Shown here: positions 31,876 through 44,336 of the stretch, one piece after another
Position numbering within the stretch: position 1 is the first letter of the stretch
Layout of the letters: every line of letters starts with the position of its first letter
From: Prorocentrum cordatum
Taxonomy: Eukaryota
Assembly (NCBI GenBank): GCA_963575745.1
Contig: CAUYUJ010000256.1
Coordinates: forward strand, 1-64,000
Reading direction: 5' to 3'
DNA: 64,000 nucleotides
Position numbers and translations under genes: made by a program
Notes under the pieces: generated by a model
What the model was told of the DNA's origin: nothing
The model's input: only the letters and a program-made list of their open reading frames with translations
Database searches by the model: none

Positions 31876-32951
31876 GCTTCCTGCGCCTCATCCTGACCAG
31901 GGCGTCTGGCTTGCTGTATGCTCTATCTCGAGGGCGCGTCAGCGGCCAAGGTGCCGCTGGGATGGAGCGCCCAAACGTGAACACCCTTACAACAACCTCG
32001 GAGCGGAGACTCATAAGAGTTGTGCACCCTCCTCAGGGCCCCTTTCAAGAATGGCCCCTATCGAAGGCAGGAATAGCCCAGGAACAGCCCATGGCGCGCG
32101 ACACCCGCGGCGCCGTCCTCCCGGAGGGAACGCATGGCCGCCCCCAGCCGCTCGTCGTCGCCCGCGGGCGGGCCTCCCGCGCCCGCGGCGCCGTCGATGC
32201 CCGCGGCTCCGTCTGGGGGCGACGGCCCAGGGGGTCCCCCGCAGGACCCTCCTCCTCCTCCTCCTCCTCCTCCTCCTCCTCCTCCTCCTCCTCCTCCTCC
32301 TCCTCCCCTCCCCTCCCCCTCCTCCTCCTCCTCCTCCTCCCCTCCTCCTCCTCCTCCTCCTCCTCCTCCTCCTCCTCTCTCCTCCTCCTCCCCTCCTCCT
32401 CCTCCTCCTCCTCCTCCTCCTCGCCCTCCTCCCCTCCTCCTCCTCCTCCTCCTCCTCCTCCTCCTCCTCCTCCTCGCTGCCTCCTCCTCCTCCTCCTCCT
32501 CGCTCCTCCCTCCCCCTCCCCCTCCTCCTCCTCCTCCTCCTCCTCCTCCTCCTCCTCCTCCTCCTCCTCCTCCTCCTCCTCGCCCTCCTCCTCCCTCCTC
32601 CTCCTCCTCCTCCTCCTCCTCCTCCTCCTCCTCCTTCGCCCCTCCTCCTCCTCCTCCTCCTCCTCCCTCCTCCTCCTCCTCCTCCTCTCCTCCTCCTCCT
32701 CCTCCTCCTCCTCCTCCTCCTCCACCTCCTCCTCTCCTGCTCCTCCTCCTCCTCCCCTCCTCCTCCTCCGTTTCCTCCGTCCTCCTCTTCTCCTCCTCCT
32801 CCTCCTCCTCCTCCTCCTCCTCCTCCTCCTCCTCTCTTGTTCCTCCTCATCCTCGTCCTCCTCCTCCTCCTCTTCCACCTCCTTCTCTTCCTGCTCCTGC
32901 TCCTCCTCCTCCTCCTCCTCCTCCGCCTCCTCCTCCTCCACCTCCTAGCCA

Positions 32952-33039
32952 TAGGGGGCCACATGCGAACGAAGTGAACCCCACCCTCCCCCTCAGAAAT
33001 CGCGGGGGGGTAGGGAGAGGGTTCGCATGTGGCCCCCTA
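32952..33039. mobile_element. 88-bp miniature inverted-repeat element with 19-bp perfect TIRs and 5-bp flanking direct repeat AGCCA
   Basis: TAGGGGGCCACATGCGAAC (32952-32970) and GTTCGCATGTGGCCCCCTA (33021-33039); AGCCA at 32947-32951 and 33040-33044. Confidence 0.75.
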
Positions 33040-33299
33040 AGCCATTCCTCACTGGGGAAGAGGGGCTCTGGCTATCAGCCGCCAACTTGGGAGTATCAGT
33101 GCGGTTGATGAGCCATCAAGAATGGTGGGCCCCTGTGTCCGCAGCAGCAGCGCTGTGACTAGGCCCCGCCGAGGCACGCGCGCACGATGACGTCCTCGTT
33201 TCTCCCCCGTCTTTCTTTCCCCCTCTCGCCTTGTCATCAAAGACGCGCGGTGCGAATCACCGTCCAGGCTGAGAGCAGGTCACCAGATGGTCTCAGAAT

Positions 33300-34170
33300 G
33301 CCGGTTAGGTTCACCTATGACCTGAACAGCAAGTGCGCAAGAAACCGAGCGGAGCCCAACGTGAGCAGCTACAACAACGGCATCCACAAGAAGCTTGAGC
33401 TCGATGCCAGGGACGGCAGCGCTGGGATCAGGGAGAGCGCCGGCGAGACACCTAGCTGCGAACAGCGGGAGGTGAAGTCCGAACCCGATGTCATCCGCTA
33501 CACAGCTGGCGCTGGCGAAGGACGAGTGGCGACGGCAAAGGACGAGGCCGACGTCATCAGCCATACTGCGACGATGAGGAGCAGCGAGCACGAAGGCGAC
33601 GGACGGGTCGGCGAAGTACGAGCCCAACGTCGTCAGCTACAGCGCGGCGACGCCAGACAGCCACTGCGAGCGTGAGCGAGGGTACGGCGAAGTACGAGCT
33701 CAATGTCATCAGTTACAGCACCGGGATCAGGGCACGCCCATTGGCGGCCTCGCGTCGACGTGAGAAAGGCGAACAAGGGGCAGCAGGCTCTGGCGCTGCT
33801 CGACGAGAAGGTGCAGGCGAAGCGAACGCCCGACGCCATCACCCGCAAACCTGGGCTCAAGGCGAGCGAGAAGGCCGAAGTCCGATCCTGCGGGAAGCGG
33901 GGGCGAAGCGGGAGCCCAAACTAGTCACTGAAAGTGGAAGGCGAAGCTGGAGCCCAAGGTCGTGTAAAACTTGGGCGAGAAGGGCGGGCAGTGGCAGCAG
34001 GCTCTAGCGCTACTCAACGAGAGGTAGAAGGCGAAGCAAAAGCCCGACGCCATCAGCTACAGTGCCCCAGCTGGAGTCCGAACGGGACGGCGACAACGCT
34101 GGTCAAAGCGCGGGCGAGACAGGCGAGCGGTGGAAGCAGGCGCTGGGCGAGATCAGCTCGTGGGGGCATG
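33300..34170 (+). pseudogene. Decayed PPR repeat array
   Basis: Fragments in shifting frames: AEPNVSSYNNGI, SEPDVIRYTAG, ELNVISYSTGIRA, KGQQALALLDEKVQAKRTPDAIT, GERWKQAL. Confidence 0.7.
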
Positions 34171-34506
34171 TTGAGAGAAGTGCGAGAAATCTGCTTCCTA
34201 GTTGGCTGGCGCGGCGCGGGAACGGCCCGATGCGGCCAGCCGACCCACGGCGCGAATCCACTCCTCCTCCTCATCCTCCTCCTTCTCCTCCTCCTCCTCC
34301 TCCCCCTCCCCTGAGATCCTGGCGCTGCAATATGTCGCCTCGGGCGATTTCGCGTGGCGTCGGGCCCCCGGACCCTCCCAGACCGGTCTGGCTCGAAAAA
34401 TGGCGCAGAAAGCTTGGGTCTGGCGCTACGGTCGTGATTTTGCACGATGTTGCAAGTGTTCGCGCAGCGTCGGATCTCCGGGAAGGCATCGGCGGCAGAG
34501 GGGGGT

Positions 34507-34540
<34 letters not shown>

Positions 34541-36364
34541 GGGAAGAGGAGGAGGATTGATTGAGGGAGAGAACCAATGGGCGAGCCACCTCGGAGCTCA
34601 GAGGTGAACGGCCAGACACCCCTGGAGGAATGACAGACCACCCACCCCGCCAGGTCCTGATACCGCTCATCCCCGCCAAACAATGGAAGCCTCAGAAGTC
34701 CTCGCAAGAACTCTAACAGCGGCACTATCGCTTCCATGTTGTGCCAGCCCCGCCGCGTGAGGCGGGGCCGGCAGGACGAGGAGGGAGGAGGAGGAGGAGC
34801 AGGAGGAGGAGAAGTAGAATGAGGAGGAGGAGGAGGAGGAGGAGGAGGAGGAGGAGAAGGTTCAGGGTTCAGGTCCGGGGGTCGATGTTTGAGCAGGATG
34901 GAAGGCAGATTTGTCCATCCACTCAGGGCTCCCACAAGAGACACGAGCGGGAGGGGGGTGGAGGAGGAGCGGGGAGGCAGGAGAAGCGAGAAGGGAGGAG
35001 GGGCGAGGAAGAGCGAGGAGGGAGACGTTGAAATCCTCCGCCCCCTTGGGGCCGCCACGGCCAGAACCGCCCCAGAATCCTGGTCAGGACGCGCACCAGG
35101 AAGGGGCCCCGGGGTCCACTGACAAAAATGAGGGAGGAGGGCTTGCCATCGCTCGAAGCCTATTGCCCGTACATGTTTCGGCTCCGTGCGCCTTTTTTTC
35201 GCGAGACGATCAGAGATGCTCCCCGACGGTCCTCGCCGAAAAACACACACGTCCGATCGATGTCAAGATACCCAGCGGTCAGAGGAAGTAGGCAGAAACA
35301 AGAAGGAAGGCGTTGAAGGTAGATTGAGTTCCGTCCGCCCCTTTGCGAGGACAGAAAAGGTGAAGCCACTCGATCATTAAGTAGGAAGGCGATTGAGCTT
35401 TTATTTGAATACGGGAATCCCAAGATACCCACTTTCGACGACCGATGGGCAGGGAGGAGGCCGCAGGGGAGGATCCAGCGGGGCCAGGGACAGCGGGGCG
35501 GACGGAGAGGGGCTCCTTCTCCAAGCGGCGTGGCGGCCGCGCACGAATGGGCGTGCTCGCGGCCTGCCTCTCGCTTCCAGCCACGAGGGAGGAGGAGGAG
35601 GAGGAGGAGGAGGAGGAGGAGGAGGAGGAGGAGGAGGAGGAGGAGGAGGAGGAGGAGGAGGAGGGGGGGTTCGAGGATGGCGGAGGAGGGGGGGAGGGGG
35701 AGGGGGAGGAGGGCGGTGGGAGGAGGCGGCAGCAGCAGCGGGGCAAGAGGCCCACAGAGGCCCGCAGAGCAAGACAGAGCAGACAAATCCGCCGAGCCGG
35801 ACGAAGACCACAGGGAGAAGAAATCAGCTGAAGCAGACAGCGCGCGGAGGCCGAGGACAAGGAGGGTCTGGCCCCAAGGCCCATGGAGGGCCCTGGGACC
35901 CGTCGGCTTTCAGGCGAGACGAGGGGGGACGTCAGGGGGGGGGACCTGCTCGAGGGGGGGCGGGCGACCTCGAGCCTGAGTCGGCGATACCTCTCCGATA
36001 GACCAGCGATCGGCCCCGAGAGCGAAGCCGAGCGCTCCTGGGCGGGGCGGGCTACATCCGGCCCCTGTCGGCGACTGGTGGGCGACGGGCGGCCGACGCG
36101 TCCCCCATGGAGCCTAGAGTAGGGGCTCGACCACAAGAAACCTTCCACAAGAAGCCCAACCCTGAGATCCCATGACGTCCACGGAGCTTCGGGGTGAGGG
36201 AACGCCACGCGCTCCATCGCAAGACCATCCCGAACCCCAGAAGCCCAGGGCACCCTGGAGGCAGGCAGGGTGCTTCTTGACGTGGGTCTCCACTGCTTCT
36301 TCGCCCCCCCAAGACGCTGCCCCCGACTCGGCCTCTGGTCTTCGCGCCACACAGCTCGGGCCTG

Positions 36365-36572
36365 CGGCGGCCGTCGGGGACGCTCCAGGCAACCCCCGGG
36401 AGCGCTCTCGGCCAGGCGCCACCGCTGGAAGGGGCCCCCCGAGGCTGGAAAACCGCCGGGGACCGCTGGAAACGTCCCAGGCCTTCGATCCTCGAACCTC
36501 GGAGGTGTTCATCCACCCCTGAGCCTTCCCCCCCCGAAAACCTCGAAGCTCGAACGTCGACGACGACAAGAA

Positions 36573-36639
<67 letters not shown>

Positions 36640-36661
36640 AAGAACGACGACGACGACAAGA

Positions 36662-36759
<98 letters not shown>

Positions 36760-36777
36760 TGCGGCGACGACGACAAG

Positions 36778-36836
<59 letters not shown>

Positions 36837-36872
36837 CGGCGACGACGACGACGGCGGCGACGACGACGACGA
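36365..36872 (+). mobile_element. Second member of the (GAC)n-tailed dispersed repeat
   Basis: Diverged homology to 22840-23030, followed by ~300 bp of (GAC)n. Confidence 0.55.
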
Positions 36873-38058
36873 GATCCGCCCGCGGGCCTCCGAGCTTCCG
36901 CGGTCGCGGCACCAGTGCGCCGCGCGGCGCCCGCGCGCCGTGGGCGCCGCCCCGGACGGCGAGGCCCTCGGCCTGCGCGCCAGGAGGGGGGGAGTTGCAA
37001 GAGAGGTGTGCGCCCCCCACTCCGCCTTCTCCTCCCTCCCTCCCTCCCTCCCTCCCTCTCCCCCTCACTCCCCCTCCTCCTCCTGCTCCTCCTCCTCCTC
37101 CTCCTCCTCCGCCTGCTGCTCCTGCTGCTGCTGCTGCTGCTCCTCCTCCTCCTCCTCCTCCTCCTCCTGCTCCTCCTCCTCCTTCTCCTCCTCCTCCTCC
37201 TCCTCCTCCTGCCACCTCTGCGACCATCCTCCTCCTCCCTCCTCCTCCTCCTCCTCCTACTCCTCCTCCTCCTCTTCCTCCTCTTCCTCCTCCTCCTCCT
37301 CCTCCTCCTCCTCCTCCTCCGCCTCCTCCTCCTCCTCCTCCTACTCCGCGCTCCTCCTGCTCCTCCTCCTCCTCCTGCTCCTCCTCCTCCTCCTCCTCCT
37401 CCTCTTCCTCCTCCTCCCCTCCCCTCCCCTCCCCTCCCTCCCTCCATCCTCCCTCCCTCCTCCTCCTTCCCTCCTCCCCCTTTCTTCCTCCTCCTCCTTC
37501 CCTCCTCCTCCTCATCCTCCTCCTCCTCCTCCTCCTCCTCCTCCTCCTCCTCCTCCTGCTCCTCCTCATCCTCTTCCTCGTCCTCCTCCTCATCCTCCTC
37601 ATCCTCCTGGTTCCTGGTTCCTGAGGGCTGGGCAATCGTGCCGACGAGGCCCACCCAGCCCTACTCTGCAGGGCTGGTGTGTAAAGTGGCGCCAATAACC
37701 GAAAGGGGATGCTACCCCAGGAGGAGTGGGAGAACGAGGAAGGGGACGGCACGGGAGGACACCAGCAGAGGAGGAGGGAGGCGAGGAGGCGAGGGAGAGC
37801 AGCAGGCACAACGAGGAGGGCCGGAAAGAGGGGAATGAGGTCCCAGCTAATCAGGGACCCCCACAGCGCCCTCCCCGAAAGCGGGCTGCACCGGGGACGT
37901 GCCGACCTGGGTTCCTGCAAAGGCGGTGAAGCGGGGGAGGGCGCAGGGGATTTCACCGTCGCTGGGGCCCCTAGTTCAACTACTGCGGTTGCTGAGGTCC
38001 GTCGGCCCCCTCCAACCCAACCCCGCATGTGACTGCTCCCTGCCCCCTCCGGTGGCTT

Positions 38059-38237
38059 GGCGGCGAGCGAGGGGGGGAAGTAAGAAGTAGAAGGCCTTCT
38101 CAGAAGGCGACGGGACTTCTCGGAAACCCTCGCGCCTTCTCAGAAGTAAGGGCTTAGAAGACTTCTCAGAAGGCCGGGACTTCCGAACCTTCTGAGAAGG
38201 CCTTCTCCTTTTCCCATCCCCCCCCTCGCTCGCCGCC
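38059..38237. mobile_element. MITE-like element of the same family as 23611-23818
   Basis: GGCGGCGAGCGAGGGGGGG ... CCCCCCCTCGCTCGCCGCC, with internal AGAAGGCCTTCT palindromes. Confidence 0.7.
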
Positions 38238-38663
38238 GAGTGGCGGCCGCGAAAACGAAAAAGAACGAAACACAGGCTGGGGTCCGTGTTTGGTGCGCCT
38301 TGCGGTTCCACGGCTCGTGAAAACCGCCTGCTGCGGCGCTTGTTCGGAGGGCGCGTGAGCGGTGAGGCAAGCTCCAGGCAGACGGCTGCGACCCTGCCTG
38401 CGCCGTGCCCTCGCTGTCAGACGGCTCCAGGCGGCCGCGCGCAGCTCCTCCTGCTCTTCCTGCTCCTCCTCCTCCTCCTCCTCCTCCTCCTCCTCCTCCT
38501 CCTCCTCCTCCTCCTACTCCTGCTCCTCCTCCTCCTCCTCCTCCTCCTCCTCCTCCCCTCCTCCTCCTCCTCCTGCTCCTCCTCCTCCTGCTCCTCCTCC
38601 TCCTCCTCCTGCTCCTCCTCCTCCTTCTCCTGCTCCTCCTGCTCCTCTTCCTCGTCCTCTTCC

Positions 38664-38696
<33 letters not shown>

Positions 38697-38873
38697 TCGT
38701 CCTCCTCCGAGGATGGGGGGTTGTGGAGCCCCTCGTCGTTTTCCTACGGTGTTTATTATCGAGTGAAACGCTATTTCACCCTTGAACTTTGATTGCTTGT
38801 GTCATTGTTCTGTTCGCCGTGATCCCCTCATACTGACATTGTCTCGTTGTATCGTTCTCTAGTGTTCTCTCTT

Positions 38874-38930
<57 letters not shown>

Positions 38931-38949
38931 TTGTCTATCTCCTGCACCA

Positions 38950-40950
38950 GGCCAATGCATGCCGATGCGATACAAATCCATTCCCAACCAACACCAATGC
39001 CGATGCAATGCCAATGGGGGAACACTTTCGTTCGGTAGATTTCAATAGGAATACTTTGTGGATGATGTCATTACGAATCCTTCTTCGGAGGATTTCAATA
39101 GCAATGCTTATGTGTAGGGTTTCGACAAGGATCCTCATGTGGAGGGTTTCACTGGGAATCCTTCATGTGGGAGGATTCAGTCGGAATCGTTCTTGTGGAG
39201 GGTTTCAATATGAGTCCGTCTGCGGAGGGAGCCATTGGGACTCGCCAGCGCAATGGCAACGCAATGCCAAAGCTTTGCCATCGCAATGCCAAACCAAAGC
39301 CAAGGCGATCCCAATTCAATGCCACTGCAATGCCAATGGGTGGTATCCTTTGTGGTAGATTCCAGCAGGGAATCCTACCTCTGGAGGGTTTCGATTGGAA
39401 TCCTTCCGTGGGGGGGATCAGTCTGAATCTTTTATGTGGGGGGCTTTCTGAAGGATCCCTTCTTGAAGAAGGTAAGGAATCCTTCTGTGGTGGGAGCCAT
39501 TCGAACTCGCCAGCGCAATGCCGAAGCAGTGCCAATGCAATGTCAAACCAATGCCAATGCAATGCCAATGGGGGGAACTGTTTGTGGTTCAATAGCAATC
39601 CTTCTAAGAACCCTTCTTCTGGGGCTTTCAATAGGACATCTTATATGGAGGGCTTCGCATGTAACCCTGCTGTTGAGGATTTCAATTTGAATCCGTCTTG
39701 TGGGGGGGTTCGATAGGCATCCTTCTTGTGGGGGTGTTCACTCGGAATCCTTCTGTGAAGTGTTTGAATGTGACTCGCCAGCGCAATGTCAACGAAATGC
39801 TCACGCTCTGCTAACGCACTGCCATCGCAATGCCAACGCAATGCCAATGCGACGCCAAACCGTTGCCAAACCAATGCCTATGCAGTGCTGATGGCGGGAT
39901 TCCTGTCTTCCGACAGATTTCACTAAGAATCCTTACGTGGATGAGTTGGTTACGAATCCTTCTTCGGAAGATTTCGATAGGAATCCTCCCGTGGAGGGTT
40001 TCGATTGAAATATTTCTGTGGGGGGCAACTTTGAATCCCTCATGTGGGGCGTTCAAAAGGATCGCTTCTTGTGCAAGATTTTCATTGGAATCCTTCCGTG
40101 GGGGGAGCCATTAGAACTCGCCAGCACAATGCCAACGCAATACCAACGCAATGCTAAACAATGCCAAAGCGATACCAATTCAATGCCGATGCAATGCCAA
40201 TGAGGGAAACGTTTGTGGTCGGGTTCAAGAAGAATCCTTCTATGGAGGGCGTCGGATGGAATCCCTCCGTGAGGGAGTTCAATGTGAACCCTTCTTGCGG
40301 GATGCTTCAATCGGGCTCCTTCTGGCGGGGGTTCAACAGGGATCATTCTGCGAAGGGAGGTGCTGGAACTCGCCAGCGCAATGCCAGCGCAATGCCAACG
40401 CAGTGCCAACGCAATGCCACACCAATGCCAAAGCGACCCCAGCCCAATGCCAATGCACTGCCAATGGGGGAAATCCTTTGCGGTAGATTTCAATAGGAAT
40501 CCTTATGCGGAGGGTTTCGCATGGGATCCTTCTGTGGAGGGTATCAATATGAACCGTTTTGTGGAGGGTTTCAATCGGAGTCCGTCTTGTAGAAGGTTTC
40601 AATCGGAGTCCTTCTGTGGAGGGCTCCAGTAGGACTTGCCAGCGCAATGCTTGCGAAATTCAAGCACACTAGCAACGCACTGCCTAGCGCAATGCCAACG
40701 CAATCCCAATGCGATACCAAACCTTTGCCAAACCAATGCCAATGCAATGCCAATGCAATGCCAACGGGGGGTTCTTTGTTTCGACGCATCTCACGATCAC
40801 TCCTTCTGCGGGTGATTTCAATTGGAATCCATATGTGGAGGATTTCAATACGAATCCTTGAGTGGATGGTTTCGATCGGAATCCTTCTGTAGAGGATTTC
40901 ACTATGAATCCTCCTTGTGGGGGCGTTCAATAGGAATCCTTCTAGGGGGG
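38950..40950 (+). repeat. Higher-order composite satellite: CAATGC-rich blocks alternating with runs of ~24-bp GGAATCCTTCTGTGGAGGGTTTCAAT-like units
   Basis: An ACT(C/T)GCCAGC(G/A)CAATG block start recurs near 39240, 39505, 39773, 40117, 40368 and 40634. Confidence 0.85.
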
Positions 40951-42574
40951 AGGGTAGATGAGGCCACGTCGCATTCCTTTTGTTTCGCCGCAGACCCCCC
41001 CCCCCAAAAAAAAACAAATAAACAAAGAAGTGTGTGTGTGTGGTTGTGTGTGTGTTTAAACTGTTTTTTGGGGGGGAGGGAGAAAGAAAAAAAAGGAGGA
41101 GGAGGAGGAGGAGGAGGAGGAGGGAGGCGGAAGGAGAGGAGGACGCCACGAATATCATTGCAAAGACGCACGCGCGAACTCAGTGTGAAACCTCGCGCGC
41201 GCGCGCCTGGAGCCCCGAGGGCTCCACAATCCCCCGTTCTCTCCCCTCCTCCTCCTCCTCTCTCCTCCTCCTCCTCCTCCTCCTCCTCCTCTCCTCCTCT
41301 CCTCCTCCTCCTCCTCCCCTCCTCCCTCCCTCCTCCCTCCTCCCTCCTCCCTCCTCCCTCCTCCTCCTCCTCCTCCTCCTCCTCCTCCTCCTCTCCTCCT
41401 CCTCCTCCTCCTCCTCCTCCGCTTCCCCTCTCCCTCCCTCCCTCTTCCCCTCTCCCTCCCTCCCTCCTTCCTTCGCGCCCTTCGGACGTTGCGTGCCCGT
41501 GGGGGACCGCGCCCTGCCCCTCCCCGCCAGATACACGGACGGAGGAGGTCCAACCACTCGCCTGCGACTCCTATGATTGCCGCGGGCCGCGGCGTGGGCT
41601 GCCCGGTTTGCGGGTGGCCCCCCCCACGACGGCCCTCTGTGGAGACGCCCGTCGGGGGGCTGGCGATGCCATGCCAGCGGCCCGCCGAAGCGGCACCACC
41701 CGGCACGGACTGCCTGCCCCAGCCGCCGCCGCGCCCGCGGTGCGCCCACGCTGCTGGCGCGCCCTGGCGGGCGCCCGCCGCTGGCGCTCGGGTCACGGCG
41801 GCTGCGGGCGGCCCCACTGCCCTGGCGGCCCGGCGAGCTCCACGACAGCGCCCAGCTCCCGCGCCTCCCACCCCGCGTGCGCAGCCTCCGCCGGATCTCC
41901 CGCCGATAAGCCAGTCGGCACGGCCGAGGATACTGGCGCTCCTCTGACAGTGCACCGCCCTGCGTGCGCCGCTGCGCCGTCCCCTGGACAGGTGAACGGC
42001 TGTCTCTAGACCGTCCTGCACACGCGACACACGGGGATCTGGCCCACGCAATCCGTCCTGAGCGCCTCCTCCTCCTCCTCCTCCTCCTCCTCCTCCTCCT
42101 CCTCCTCCTCCTGCTTCTCCTACTCCTCCTCCGCCTCCTCCTCCTCCTCCTCCTCCTCCATCCATCCATCCTCCCTCCCCTTCCCTCCCACCACCATCTT
42201 CCCTCCTCCCTTCCTCCCTCCTCCTTCCTCCCTCCATCACCTCCTCCCATACCCCCCTTCGTTCGCCTCCTTCCCTCCCTCCATGTATCCCTCCCTCCCT
42301 CCCTCCCTCCCTCCCTCCTCCCACCCTCCCCTCCCTCCCTCCCAGTCACTCCCTCCTCCTCCTCCTCCTCCTCCTCCTCCTCCTCCTCCTCCCTCCCTCC
42401 CTCCCTCCTCCCTCTCCTCCCTCCGCTCCCTCCCTCCATGCTCCCTCCCTCCCTCCACTCTCCCTCCTCCCTCCTCCCTCCTCCCTTCCTCCCTCCCTCC
42501 TCGCATCCGCCTCTTCCTCCGCCTCCTCCTCCTTTTCCTCCTTCTCCTCCTCCTCCTCCTCCTCCTCCTCCTCC

Positions 42575-42596
42575 TCCGTAGCCATTTTGGCTCAAG
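42575..42596 (+). other. Genomic relic of the dinoflagellate spliced leader (DinoSL)
   Basis: TCCGTAGCCATTTTGGCTCAAG matches the 22-nt consensus DCCGTAGCCATTTTGGCTCAAG; it ends 48 nt before an ATG. Confidence 0.95.
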
Positions 42597-42644
42597 GTTG
42601 GCTCCTCTGCGCGGCCGCAGCCGTTTCGCGGCCCGCCATAGAGG

Positions 42645-44336
42645 ATGCCCCCAGCGCAGCTGCGCGCCTTGGTGCGGGACGGTGCGGAGCGAACGCACCG
42701 ACGAGGCTGGGCGAGACTCTGCGCGGACAACGCCATCCGCAAGCTTCAGGACGAGGTCCAGAAGCTGAGGGAGGAGAACGTGCAGTGCCAGGCCCAGCTG
42801 AGAGAGGCGAAGGCTGAGGCGGAGGCACAGCACACACGGAGACTGCGCGCCGACGCCGAGCCCTTCGTGACCTGCGACACGATGTGGAAGTTTGTGAAGC
42901 CGATCGTCGAGCCGGCAGCCGAAGAGCCGTGGTGGGGCTGGCAGTGGATGCAAGCCTACGCGGAGGAGGACTGCGCGAGTGGAACGGACGGACAGTGGCA
43001 GCCTCCAGCGAGTGTGCGCGGGAGCGACGGGCAGTGGCAGCCTCAAGTCGATGGTGGAAGTACATGCGAGAAGGACGGACAGTGGCAGCATCAAGAAGGA
43101 GCGTGCGAGAAAGACGAGCTGTGGCAGCTACAGGCGGTCGAGCAGTGGCAGGCTTGCGAGAAGTGGGAGGCGAAGATGGAGCCCGACACTATAAAGCAAA
43201 ACGTGACCACCTACAGCGCCGCAATCAGGACGTGCGAGAAGTGTGAAAAGGGAAAGCAGTGGCAGCTTCATGAAGGTTTGAGTGTGGCGGTTGACTCAAG
43301 CGAGAGGCGCGAGGAGAAGTTGGAGCCCAGCACACTAGCCCATGAGGCTTGCGAGAAGCGTGAGGCGACGTTGGAGCCCGACTTACTAGCCCACGAGGCG
43401 TGCGAGAAGTGGGAGGCGAAGTTGGAGCCTGAACCACTAGCCCACGAGGCTTGCGAGAAGAGTGAGGCGACGTTGGAGCCTGTCCCACTAGCCCACGAGG
43501 CTTGCGAGAAGCGTGTGGTGAAGTTGGAGCCCTTTGCTTGTTGTTTCTCGTATCTCCTCGTTGCCACTGCTGGATCCGCTGTGTACGAAAAGGTCAGTGC
43601 AACGTGCGTGCGAGAAGATGTGAAGGAGGAGTCAAAGGTCGAGCCCAATGCCGTCAGCTACAGACCAGATGACGACTCTGATTGTGATAGAGTGTTTCAA
43701 TTTTCGCAGGATCACGACGAGGTGGAAGATATGATCAATAAGGCGAAGTTGGAGCCAGACCCACTAGCCCACGAGGCTTGCGAGAAGCGGGCGGCGGTGT
43801 TGGAGCCATTTGCTTGTGTTTCCTCGTCTTCCCTCGTCGCCACGGCTGGGTCTGCAATGAGTGAATTGGTGTGTGAAACGCGCGTGCGTGAAGTTGGGAA
43901 GGAGGAGTCAAATGTCGAGCCTGATGCCGTCAGCTACAGTCCAGCTGACGTCGCCGGTTTTCCTGGTGATGATGATGTTGCTCTCTTTCCTAGCGACGCC
44001 TCCCAGTCTTTCGACGCCGACTCCGAAGTGCAGTACCACTTCGACGACGACTGCGAGCAGATAGAATCATTCGCAAACCCGCACGGCGTGGACGAGTCGC
44101 GAGACATATATGGGGAGCTCTGCAGTGACATGGCCGACCTGGTGTTGTTGCGCCGTCCTGCGGCGATGCGGGCCTACCTCCGTGAGAATTTCGTGCTCAA
44201 CGGAACTACCGACGTCGACTTCGAGGTAGACTTCGACGCGGTATGCACCGAGCTTGCCGCCCTCGCCATGGGTGTGCGGCTGGATGAAATGGAACACCTT
44301 CTCCGTGAGCGGTTTGCTCCTGCCGTGCAGGCGTAA
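42645..44336 (+). CDS. Intronless SL-tagged retrogene, 563 aa: coiled-coil-like N-terminus, PPR-derived repeats, acidic C-terminus; function unknown
   Basis: Uninterrupted non-microsatellite ORF directly after the DinoSL. It contains NVTTYSAAIRTCEK and repeated LAHEACEKxEAxLEP units. Confidence 0.75.
   Translation: MPPAQLRALVRDGAERTHRRGWARLCADNAIRKLQDEVQKLREENVQCQAQLREAKAEAEAQHTRRLRADAEPFVTCDTMWKFVKPIVEPAAEEPWWGWQWMQAYAEEDCASGTDGQWQPPASVRGSDGQWQPQVDGGSTCEKDGQWQHQEGACEKDELWQLQAVEQWQACEKWEAKMEPDTIKQNVTTYSAAIRTCEKCEKGKQWQLHEGLSVAVDSSERREEKLEPSTLAHEACEKREATLEPDLLAHEACEKWEAKLEPEPLAHEACEKSEATLEPVPLAHEACEKRVVKLEPFACCFSYLLVATAGSAVYEKVSATCVREDVKEESKVEPNAVSYRPDDDSDCDRVFQFSQDHDEVEDMINKAKLEPDPLAHEACEKRAAVLEPFACVSSSSLVATAGSAMSELVCETRVREVGKEESNVEPDAVSYSPADVAGFPGDDDVALFPSDASQSFDADSEVQYHFDDDCEQIESFANPHGVDESRDIYGELCSDMADLVLLRRPAAMRAYLRENFVLNGTTDVDFEVDFDAVCTELAALAMGVRLDEMEHLLRERFAPAVQA

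Noticed and set aside
28621..32014. 900-1000-aa His/Thr-rich ORFs (also 49687-52626)
   Set aside because: They are translations of GT-rich simple repeats.
38950..40950. CRISPR-like periodic repeat
   Set aside because: Units are degenerate and contiguous, with no unique spacers and no cas genes, in a eukaryotic context.
41480..42060. GC-rich unique segment with several open frames
   Set aside because: No recognisable domain or convincing splice pattern; open frames are expected at this GC content.
42575..42596. SL RNA gene
   Set aside because: The leader is followed by a short UTR and a long ORF rather than a recognisable SL RNA intron, so it fits a retroposed mRNA better.
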